64,000 bases of DNA from Paecilomyces variotii. Taxonomy: Eukaryota. The notes under the pieces are model-generated. The model ran no database searches and had not been told where the DNA came from. It saw only the letters and a list, made by a program, of their open reading frames with translations. The position numbers were made by a program, and so were the translations under genes. Where the stretch lies: NCBI GenBank assembly GCA_004022145.1, contig RCNU01000004.1; one strand, 5' to 3'. Below are positions 39,956 through 51,353 of the stretch, in pieces. How positions within the stretch are numbered: position 1 is the first letter of the stretch; each line of letters begins with the position of its first letter.

Positions 39956-42636
39956 TCATTGACTCATTCCAGCCGGCGTAGGTGTGCCGTTCGGTTTACT
40001 TCCAGGCGTGACGCTCCTCTCCTGTGAACTGCTCTGACTACTCTGCGGCCGGTGCTGTGGTGCAGGCGGTTGAGGTGTCCCAGAGTTCTGACGCTGTTGG
40101 TTTGCAGCTATCTGAGCTTTGTTGCGATCCATCAAGGCTGCTTGTTCAGCAGCACTTCGAGAATAATTCGCAGGTGTTGCGGAGTTCGAGTAGGCCGCAG
40201 CAGGAGGAGGGGAAGTCTGGTTTGGAGCGTAGGCTCCGTAGTGCGGAGGTTGCTGCTGCGGATGGTATCGTTGTTGCGGGTTGCTGGAAGCGGCGTTTAC
40301 ATACGGTATTCGAGATTGAGGGGTGGCATATCCAGGTGGCTTTTGAGGGGAAGCACTTCGTGCCGCACCAAAAGAGGCATTATACGCTCCAGGCTGACCA
40401 GGTCGCGCTGCGTACGCTTGCGGAGAGCCCTGGGCCGCTGGTGCTCCTTGCGCCGTAGAATATGGGCCGTAACCATTTGGACCGGCTCTTTGGAACTGCT
40501 GCAGTGTGGCGGCGGGTTGAGAATAAGGCGGCACGAAGCCTGGGCGCCCTGCTGGAGGAACTGCTGGTCGAGCACCTCCATATGCCTGAGGAGTGCCAGG
40601 GGTATACGGACTGGAAGCTGACGCTTGCCTCCCCGCGTAGTACTGCTGGCCGGCCTGATAACCTGCTGCGGGCGGCGGTACTCGTGCATTAGATGGATAC
40701 ACCCTTTGGTTGTACGCGCCAACGGCTCCCGGAGTGCCTTGGAAACTGCCCGATCGCGAGGACGGAGCTATATGTGTCGATGTTCTAGTTGCCCCCGCAG
40801 CAGCGGGAGCTGCTGCTGCTGCTAGGCGCATCTGTTGGGTAGTGTAGTCATCCTGTTCCATTGTACCATGGTAATCAGGGTTCTTAATCACAATCTTTTG
40901 GGTGATGTTCAAATCGGCAAGCTGTTCACCGTTCAACTTTGCAACTGCGTAAGGAGGAAGGGTGGCAACAATGGCAGCCAAACTAGATTTAAGTGTCTCA
41001 TAGATTTCCTTTTCTGCTGAGGATGGAACGTCTGCGCTAGCAACATCCTTTGCAGGATCTTTGGACTCCGAGTTGGCCGGGTTTGTAATGGACGGATCGA
41101 GGCTGCGGATTTGATTATATGAGTTCAGTGTCTGTAGGAGTTCGGAGACTTCACGTAGGACGTCATCCAGTTCTTTAGATTCAGTTCCTTCCTCATCTTT
41201 GGGTTTCTCTTCAGGCAGGCTGTCGGGTTCGAACGTCCTAACAGCATCCTCAAGAGAGCTTTCGTCAAGACCACCCTCCAGTGCTGGGTATTCCTGCTCA
41301 GCAGCCGTGTTGTGCAGAGCTACCAATGTTCTGAAGCGTCGCGCCCCCCGTTTAGCATACCACACGAGATTTTTAGAATGCGATTGGACGATAGCCCCGG
41401 AGCTGTCGAATGAAGGTGCAAAGGAGGAGTACGCTCCGTGGACAAGGTCAGAGACATCTTCAGGTGAGATCGGAATTTCTTCCTGTTTCTCCGTAGAATC
41501 TTTATCTTCGCCATTCTGATTGTGTTGCTTCTGTTTTCGGCTCCAGTAAGATGGAGAAGAGGTAGCCCCTCCATACTGGAGCCACTGACCGGATGGAAGA
41601 GATGCAAACCCGTAATTGTTGTTCCCCCCCGGAATGGTCTTGATGTTAGTAATTGCTTCAAAGGGATCAATCCACATGCTCGAAGACTGTCTAGGCCATG
41701 ACCTCGTCTTGCGAGGGGCCTCTAGCTGGGGTAGCGTTGAAGGAGGCGCAAATACTTCACCCAAGGTTCTCCTAGTTTCAGGCTGGGCTTCGATATTGAA
41801 GGGAGCCACTTTAGTTGTTGTAATTCCGTTGGGCAACGCACTCTCGCGCAGATGTGCGTTAAGGTCCACATAGCGCTCCTTTCCGGGTGCGGAAGAAAGG
41901 GATACTTTCAATGGTCTCTGGAGACTTGAGAAGAGGTGCTTCGGATTCGAAGGATTCCCGAACAAGGTCAATGCGACCTTATCTTCTCGCTCCCCCTTGA
42001 TCACAGCTGGGCTCTCGGCCGGGGTCGCGGCATCGTCGGAGGGCTCTGCTTTGATCACAGACTTCTTCAAGAGAGACGTCTGAAAAAGAAGATTATTCAT
42101 ACGTCTCTTGAAAGCTGCTATACGAGCGACTAGAGCAGTATTTGATTCCCCGCTTGGCAGCCGGTCAATGAGAGACGAAGAAGCTTTCTCCACATCATCC
42201 AAGAAATCCTGAATTCCCTTGTAAACACCAGAGGTTGCCTTCGATTCTATAGTGTTCGTCTCGTCCTTATCTCCAGTGATCTTTGCGCGCTTCGAGCGTG
42301 GTTTCGTGGGTGAGGCTGAGGTCAAAGAGCATTTCAAGAGGCCCAGATCGACATCGTCCCTGAAGCTTGGTTAATGGCATGAAAGGCAGAAATACAGTTC
42401 AGGGTTGTTGCTGACTTGGCCAATATTGTTACGAGATACCGTAGCGTATCTTCGATGGGTTCACTGTCCTTCTGTGGAACAGCAGAAGCAGCGTCATCTT
42501 GCGCCGATTCCTCCGGACTAGAGATGCGCTTTCGCTTTCCTGGAGTTGCTGGTGCAGAGACCTCTGCAGCTGGTGGATGCAGTTCCCCGTTCGCGGCGGG
42601 CATTGTAGCTGTCTCTCCGCCTTCGTCACCGTTCAT
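39956..42636 (-). CDS. Uncharacterised nuclear-type protein, candidate Rsc58/BRD7-like chromatin-remodeler subunit
   Basis: Intron 42360-42415 joins MNGDEGG...PGKRKR (NLS-like) to the 793-aa ORF. Contains LPSGQWLQYG...YSSFAPSFDSSGAIV and a Q/P/Y/G-rich C-terminus. The gene is solid; the function is inferred. Confidence 0.8.
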
Positions 42637-43252
42637 GGTCCGTGTCGCGCCGTCCTGGAGGACTTTAGACGCGAATGACAATTAAAACTTCTCCTGCGCA
42701 GGTGGAAGCTGGGAAGCCGTTGCAGTCGCCCCGCAGGAAAGATGCAAGGCCACCAGAGTGCCTCCAGTCGCAAAATTAGGCGTTACAGACTGCCCGCTGG
42801 AATATGACAGCGTTGTCTTCGCCGTCTGTATGCGCCAGTCGATGCGGCGATAGAATCCTGACGCGATTTGACGATGGGTTCGCAACAAGGGAGTGCACGG
42901 GAGCGTCAATAGGCCCAACGCCACAGCAGCAGCAAGCACAGCGCGACAGAGAAGCCAACAGGCACCAGGAGCACAGGAACAGAGAGCTGAGATTGAACAA
43001 CAACGATAAATTGAGCGACGGGGGACAGAAAAAGAGCAAGTGGGCCGGCTGAAAGAGACGTCGTTCTGGATGGGTCTTGCGCGCAGGCCCAGCGACGCAC
43101 CCCGTGACAAGTCACGTGATGGCATTTTTCTCCGGAGCTTTCTGACCGGATAGAGATCTATTGTTCATTGTATACCAACACACAGCCCTGTTCGAGAGAT
43201 ATCTGAGCCATTGCCCTTCTTTCTGGGCCTGTACACATGGTTGTCTTCATGG

Positions 43253-46200
43253 ATGTCATCGGTCCTTAATCATGCACCGGGCCACTTGGGGCTACCAGCT
43301 CTGAGGGCGGCGCGTCCGCTCTACAGCAGCGGTCGCCGGCAGAAGGTATGCAATTATTGCCCGTGGGTTTCGACTGCTGCCAAATTGTTGAAAATGCTGA
43401 TTGCAGTAATTGTAGTGCTTTCTTGCTTCTATTCCTGCATCTTCACTGGCTATCGCACACGACAAGAAGTGCCTATCCACTTCGTTCAACCATGCACGAA
43501 GAGCAAAGAGCAATGGCACAAATGCTGAAAGGGCCTTCAACGAGGTCTCCTCGAGCCCCTGGTACAAGGACTCGCGGTCACAGTCGACATTAAACCAGGC
43601 ATTCTCGCATGAATCAGCGTCTACCGCGATCGATAACTGCAACGTCGATTTGCGACATAATCTGCTAGATGATGAACGGTCGACCGCGACAGAGACAGGG
43701 TACCACCATCGCTCATATGATCGAACGAGGCGAGAAGATGGAGTTGGAGCCCAAGAAAAGCACCTGGGAAAGACACCAACCGAAATATTAATTGCCGCCC
43801 TGCAAAGTACTGGGCGGAAGTTGGATCTGCGACAACCGCCGCGATGGACCACGGATTTATCCTGGGTCTCCCCAGATACGCCAATGCCTACTACCTACCA
43901 ACAGAAAGGTGGAGCCATTAAAACAGCGAGACAGTCTCCTCGGATATCATTCCAAACTATTGTCGCTGAATATATAACCACCGTCGATACTCTCATCCAG
44001 CAGATGGGGATTCCAACAATGAACGAGCAAATCGAGCTTCCGTCACGGATGAACGAGGCGCTTCTCCATACTTTCAGCAAGGAGAATCTGGCCTATCTCG
44101 ATGCGAGAGGTTATTCTGCAGCGGACGTCATGGCATGGGCATGGATACTCAAGAGCGAATGTTCCTACGAAGCAGCCTTAAAGCTCTTTGCGCTAGAAGA
44201 CTCGTACAGGCTACAGAAGAACGATGTGCCAAAGAGTGTTCCTCCTTTCATTCCATTGTTTCTCTTGCGACGACAGCATCTCGATCTCAAAGCTTACCGT
44301 TTACTGCTTTTATACAGTCTTCATCTGATGAGCGGTTGCCCTGTTCCGACTGTTCAAACCGCACTCAGGGAGTTCTCTGGCAATGTAGATGCCAATACTC
44401 AAAACGAAACCCTGCAAGCTGAGTCCCATCTCGATCCGACTATGTGTATGACGTTCGTCGTTCGGCTTCTTCGTCACGCTCGCCAGGTGTGGCCGTCCGC
44501 ACAACTTAGCATCGCGCGTGCATTCGCTTCCTTCTTGACAACCATAAGCATTGACGGTAAATCTGACGATGCGATCCAGCGCCTAAACACATTTCGAGCT
44601 AAAAAGTTCAATGCTTGCCTGTGGCTGCTCTCTTTGCCGTCCAGACCGGGTCCGTTTACATCGGCTTCGATCCAGCAGCGTGCACAGTTTGAGCTCCTGA
44701 AGGCAATGGCATCGCATCGTCCTGTCCTGCCCGTCACACGTCGAGGGTATCAAGGCATTGTTGCCGTTCAAGTGGCCCATAAGAAGACGCCGGCTGAAAG
44801 ATTGTCCGCAGAGCTGAAAGCGCCCTCCTGGCCTCCTTGGAAGGAAGAGAAGCTTGGAATGGACTCGAGTAGAGGCAATGAGGGGATGAAGAGTCGTGCG
44901 ATTCACGTGATGGCCCAGATGAAGGAAGCTGGCTATTCCCACGGACTATGGGAGGACGTCGCTGCGATCCTGGCTGGTTGGGACACTGATCGAAGCCCAA
45001 CAATTCAGACGAGAACGTTGATGCCTCGTCGACATGTGTTGCGCGGTTCGCAGAGGAGCAGTCCCGATCACCCAGCGATTTGGGCTGCTCGTATTAGAGC
45101 TACGCGGACTGTTCGGGAAGCTTGGGCTTGTTTTCTGACGTATCATGATCAAGGACTACCACCGCACAAGTCTGTGTACTATGCAATGGCCCATAAACTA
45201 GTCTTCCGGACAAAAGCGATAGAGAATGGTTTCGAACAGTCCAGCCTAGCTTTGCCCGGTGATGGCCCTGAGGTCTTCTCGGAGCCCTCCTCTTCGCGGG
45301 ATGTGATATACGTGCACACGGAACCTCCGGCCTTGGACGACTTTCTAAAGAAGATGCTTTCTGATGGTATTCGACCATCTGGCCGATTCCTCGCAATGCT
45401 TTTGGAATCGGCAACCTCGTTTGCTTCTGGCATAACCTATATCCGCTATAGCGATCTACCGGAGAAGCAAGTCCAGGCGCTGTGCACTATCTGGCCAGCT
45501 GAATCCGATTATGCGAACGCCACAGCTGTGGGCAAGCTTCCGGAATATCTTTTCTCGTCCTTTATAGAGTTCCTCTGCAAGTTTTCCAGCTTCGATCCAT
45601 CATATAGATCCAAACGTGAGTTCCGGACTTCGGATCTCTTCCCTATTATCATGCGAAATCATCATCCTTCACGGCAGACGACATCTCTGCTCTCCTATGC
45701 TGCAACTTCCGAGGAAGATCACATACATCATCCAAGGATGCTGGCACATGCAGTTCACCTTGTCAGAACGCACAAACCAAGGCACCCTCCAGCGTGGACC
45801 GCGCTTCTTTCAGTTCTGAGTAGAGATCGAATTAGCATACGCTATCACAACTTGGATCAAACTGTCCAAAGGATTCTCGCATGGCATGAAGTCCTCGAGA
45901 TAAGCAAACAGGCAGCAGGTCTCGATGTCGAACTCGGAACGCGTGGTTTTCATGTTCTTTGTGCTTCATTTGCTAAGGCTGTAGCAGCTGGGATCAAACA
46001 TCCAGAGGCCGCAGAAGAAGCGCTGGAAATTATCCAGGAGCAAGCGAGATATGGCGATGCTGCTCTTTCTCTGCCAGTATCCACTACATTTGAGCAAATG
46101 GTCCACAATGGTCTCGGCATTCTGAAACGCCGCTTTGATCGAATCGCCCTTCCAGGTTCGACGAGCATTTCAGCTGATATAAAGGATGCTGGTGATGGTA

Positions 46201-46694
46201 GTGAATCCGGGGCATCTCGTATCAGTACCCCTGCTATGCTTCAGGTACCAACCCCCGCCGTTCTGCACGCCTTTGTCCGGGCTCTTGGTATAGCTGAAGA
46301 TTATGATGGTTTGTTGGATCTTTTGCGATGGATGAGCCGATCTGCACCAACATTGAAGGATGCGGCAGACGAGCTCTTAAACGGAGAGAGGATGATGCGC
46401 CGCACTCTCGTCGCCGTTCGGGTCTTCCTAGAGGGATATTGGGAAACTAGTTCACCGAGAGTAGCGCATCCCGATGATTATGGTGCCACCGATGATCATA
46501 CTAGAGGTGGTTTTGGCTTCGGAACGCAGCACTCATTGTCCCACGAAGAGAGGCAGCTTGAATTCTCCGATCCCTACGTCCAGGAGGCGCACGACATCAT
46601 TGAACAAACGGAACTTTGGGGCGCTTGGCCGACGGACGACGAAGTTCGGGAGTATCTGCTGTGGGATCCTTCGCCGCACGGAAAACAACACTGA
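43253..46694 (+). CDS. Large helical protein, probably mitochondrial (PPR-like RNA-binding; function uncertain)
   Basis: ATG 43253 plus intron 43346-43415 is in frame with the 1014-aa ORF. Basic presequence-like exon 1 (MSSVLNHAPGHLGLPALRAARPLYSSGRRQK). PPR-like segments such as LKKMLSDGIRPSGRFLAMLL and VPTPAVLHAFVRALG. Confidence 0.75.
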
Positions 46695-47329
46695 TTTCTT
46701 TTGGTGTATATGTACAGCACATATGTATGATTACGGTTGAGTAAATTGATACCCAGATTTTTCCAAAAGCCATCGTTCTATCGTGTTGACCCGGCAGGCG
46801 TGCAACACGCAGTGGTCCGCATAAATATCACCCTGCATTGGTGTAACGATGTAACTGTGGCGCCTGATAGCGGGATTTCGCTGAGAAGCATCGTACTCTA
46901 TGTTTAGAAGATCACTTCTTCGAGTCAATCATTTATGAACCAAAGCTGTAAGGATCTGCGAGGATTCAGAACAGCAGAAAAGAAAACACCAATAGAATCG
47001 AGACAGACCCATTATCCGGGGTAACGGTAACATATAGATATACATATACATAGTCCTGAATCGTCAGCTCCTTTCGACTGTTTTGTCGTCGCTAACTAAC
47101 CTAGCCCATCAACCGTTCCGTTTCTCCCCCGCAGTCTGAGCTTTCCCCACAGCAAGCTTGGACTCCCTCAAGGCCGAGGGAGCTTTGAACAGCCGGCCCA
47201 TTTTTGAACTACCGGCCGGAGAGAAAACTACAATAACGTCCACTGCTTTCAATCCACTGGTCCAATTCCACTCCTTTTATTATTACTGCATTTCTTCACA
47301 TAATTCGGTTTTTCTCTTTCTTTCTCAGA

Positions 47330-48324
47330 ATGCCGCCGCGCATCGTCCGTCCTAGCCTTGCGTTTCCGCGTTGCCCGGCCGTGTCCATCCGGGTACGCGC
47401 CAGATACAGCACCAAGACCGAGGATAATGTTATTCAGGTCCAGCAGGTGCCTGCGCCAGGATCGGGACACGTACGGGTCCTGCTATTGAACCGGCCCCAG
47501 GCTCGCAATGCGCTCTCCAGACAGTTGCTGGACGGCCTGTCACGACATGTCGATTCGATCGCTGCTGAGGAGGCCAACGGGCCCACGAGAGCATTGATCA
47601 TTGCAAGCAATGCGGATGCTGCCTTTTGCGCGGGTGCAGATCTTAAGGAAAGGGCTGGAATGACTAAAGACGAGTATGTTCAAGATTCTGGAACTGTTGC
47701 CTGTGTGTTTTTGTTTGGTTTTTGAGCACTGTATTGATCTCTACTGCTATTAGGACCAATGAATTCCTCTCGAAACTACGCGGAACCTTCAGCAACCTTG
47801 CTGCGCTTCAGATACCCACTATCTCTGCAATCTCGTCCATGGCTCTCGGTGGCGGTCTCGAGCTCGCCCTCTGCACCCACCTGCGCGTCTTCGGTTCCTC
47901 CAGTATCGTCGGCCTGCCAGAGACAAGACTAGCTATCATCCCAGGGGCTGGCGGCACTTACCGTCTGCCTCGACTGATCGGGATGAATCGCGCAAGAGAC
48001 ATGATCATCACAGGGCGTAGGGTGACGGGCGCTGAGTCATATTTCATCGGACTTTGTGACCGGCTCGTCGAGATCACGCCGGAGGAGGAGGGTAAGGAGG
48101 GTGTAGCCAGATCCAAGGTTCTCCGGGAGAGCATCAAACTGGCCCTGGATATCTGTGATGGTGGGCCTGTTGCCATCAAGCAGGCTCTGAAAGCTGTGAG
48201 CGAGTACCAGAGAGGCGAGGCGGCAGAGAATGAGGCGTATGCGGGCGTGTTGGAGACCGAGGATCGACTGGAAGCCTTGAGAGCTTTTGCAGAGAAGAGA
48301 AGGCCTGCTTTTAAGGGACGCTGA
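47330..48324 (+). CDS. Methylglutaconyl-CoA hydratase (enoyl-CoA hydratase/crotonase family), mitochondrial
   Basis: LNRPQARNALS, FCAGADLKER, ALGGGLELAL, GLPETRLAIIPGAGGT and AFAEKRRPAFKGR*. Intron 47674-47753. Confidence 0.93.
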
Positions 48325-50040
48325 AGACCATATCCCTTGTCGATGGTGTTACGAGATGAGTCACGGTCACTCATTCCCGAGTGACGTCCTTGCCTGGTCG
48401 TGCTGGTTGCCCAGGTTGGATTCACACCAGAAGTATCAATTCCGCATAACTTGATAGGCTGCAAATCCTGGGAAAATACCCAAATCTAGCAAACATGCAG
48501 TCTGTTTAGATATCATGCATTTGGGTAAGCGGTCTGATAGATATTCTGTGTCGATATTGTCAAATAGCCTGCTTTTTCTGCGAGATTTACTATGATCATT
48601 GAACGACCCCGAAGTAGGACTCAGACCAGGCAAACAAGCAGGCTGCAGAATTCGAAATCTTCGACAACCAATATCACTCCAGGGACAGAGTTCCTTCACC
48701 ATTTCCGCCTTGCTCCAATGACGTAAGTTAGTATGACTGTTAATTGCTTTCCTTCAGACTGGAAATCTCTATAGTATCATCTGTGAGGCAGTGCGATCAT
48801 TTACTGTCTGCTCCGTGGAACGTAATAGCCAGCAATGCCTTTGCCATCAACTCTGGAATGTGATCAACCGGGCACGAAGTTTAAGTTAACCAGTATGACT
48901 CGACGGGGCAGCTCTTCAATGTAGTAGGTTCATAGCCTCGAGAAAGTTTGCTGTAGAGTTGCACTCGTAAAATGTATGCGCCGTACTAATAATATCTTCC
49001 TGGATAGGCGTCGATCTCTCTCTTCACACTGGAACATACTCTTGACTTCTGGAGATCTATCGTAATGGCCTCAGGATCGCCTGACTCCAACTCGTATCGG
49101 GGCAATCTGTCAGGTCCCATCCGGCGCCCCAGGGATCGTGACTACTGTAGGTCCGCAGAGATCGGCCACTAGGATTCTCCAGACTGAGCATCCGAGTGGT
49201 TTAGGAGGGTAAGCACGGGCTCAAGATCTTCCCGGTAGTCAGTGCGCATGGCCGTGAGACGGTTAATAATAATAGGTGATGCTGGAGTAGAGTAGAGTAG
49301 AATTCCCATCCGTAAGATTACTATTCTTGCATACTCACTTGCGGCCATGGATGCGCGGGACCTGACGCCAAGTAATAATCCTAGAAGACCTAGAGAACGC
49401 TCCTAATCCAATCACTTTGAGGATCAGCGCTGTCCGTAAGTCAAGACAAGTGCGCGACGCCCGGTCAGCCTTGCAGCTAAATGTAAAACACCGGGCAACC
49501 TGGGGAACCAAGAGCCTCCTGCGCACCCGGGTTGGGTTGTCGACCATCCAGCGAGCTTTGTTCGTCAAGAGGAGGGTAGCGATATGTGCTTCTCTCGTAT
49601 CCTCATTCGATAGAGCAGACCATGGCCCTTTCTTCATGGAGAATCGGCCCCAGGTCCCCAGCACAGCCTCTGCCTGGGAGGGCGAGATCTGCCGTCGACT
49701 AACGGGCGCCGCCTCGAGTTTGGACGAGTTCAGGAAGCGACAAGGGCTGGCCGTCCCTGATGATGCTCATTTCCACTCGCTGGAGTGGCAGCTGGACATC
49801 CATTTTCTCCTTTCTGTTACTCAGACTGCTGAAAAAGAGAACTTCCTGGAGGCTGTTCAGCTCACGGGACACGGTTCAGCACGCGCGCCAGGCTGCACTC
49901 ATTCCTGGCCTGTCACTTGCCCCTCGCGATCGGCGTTGCTCACTCAGTCTATATATACGAGAGGCTTTCAAGTCGAATGTGCTCTCGTTGAGCAAAGCCG
50001 CACGCAATAACGGCTCGTTCTGATCGCAGGAGAGAGAACC

Positions 50041-51353
50041 ATGACGGGCGCATCCAAGCCCAAGCAGATCAAGCAGATTGGCGTGACTGAAGTCTACCGC
50101 TCGCAGGCTGAGAAACCACTGGTCGAGTATGTTTATTGTTCCCCGCAGCCTGACCCGATCTATATAAATTATAACCAGACATTCTTGTCGACAAGCTCTG
50201 AACTGACTTCTCGCGTGTGATAGTATCGTCTTCGTACATGGCCTCAACGGCCATCCCAAGGATACATGGACAAGTCGCAATACAGATGTGTTCTGGCCGG
50301 GCGACTTGCTGCCTGAGATCCTCGAGCCGTATCGAGTGAGGATCCTGACATACGGATACAACGCGAACGTCACAGCATTCACGGAGGGCACATCGAAGGA
50401 CAGAATCCACCATCATGCGGAGACTTTGGGAGCGGACCTCTCAGCTAACAGAAATGTAAGTTGATGCACCTTTCTACGGAATAGGGTCTTCTTTTGCTAA
50501 ACGAAAAGTAGCTGCGGGGAGCTTCAGAAAATCCTATCATCTTTGTTTGTCACTCGTTGGGAGGTCTAATCGTAAAGCGCGCTCTGATATATTGTCGAAG
50601 CGTGGCAAATGAGAAGCTGGAGCATCTCAGATCGATCTACGTCTCGACTTATGGGATCCTCTTCTTAGGAACGCCGCATGAGGGTTCAGATATCGCGAAA
50701 TGGGGTCTCCTACTGCAGAACATCTGCAGCGCAGTGCTTCCGAAGAGGTTTATGGACTCGTCGCCTCAACTTATCAAGGCTCTAAAGTCGGATAGCGAGA
50801 CTCTGCAGAACATCAGCCGCTTGTTCGTGGACATCCAGCCTCGGTTCCGCATCTACTTCTTCCACGAGACAAAGCCCACGGACCTAAAGGGCACGCGTGA
50901 ACTCATCGTCGACGAACGTTCTGCTGCCCCCAACTTTGACGGAGTGGAGCGCATGGGTATCGAAGCGGATCACAGTCATATGTGCAAGTTTGACGATGAA
51001 GATGCACCTGGCTACGAAGCAGTCGCTGATGCGCTCATACGCTATGCGCGCGACGCCCCGGCTTTTATCGCCAATAGATGGGTGCAGGAGAAGCGAGAAT
51101 TGATGCTCGCGAGAAAGGCAAGGGCTGACGAGATCTATAATGGTTAGCTCTTCGAACGAAATGATCTATTTTGCCCATGGTGCTAATTTATGCAGGGGGG
51201 AGGGATACTGCTTTCACTGGAAGCATGCCAGACATTGGCCAGAAGGGTACGGAACAGCATCTTCTTCCAGCACCTGGCAGTGAAGTTACCTTGAAGCAAT
51301 ATGAAGTAGAAGAAGTCGGCTCAGGAGACGAAAAAGTGCCAGTAGCCCGATGA
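50041..51353 (+). CDS. Predicted short isoform: hydrolase effector only, with an alternative terminal exon
   Basis: The same donor (51143) joined to the proximal acceptor 51195 (branch GCTAAT 51182-51187; 53-nt intron) stays in frame for about 52 codons to TGA 51351-51353. Confidence 0.65.

Noticed and set aside
49417-50010. 197-aa ORF upstream of the NLR-like gene
   Set aside because: TTG start, no recognisable domain, and it overlaps the TATA/promoter region; probably spurious.
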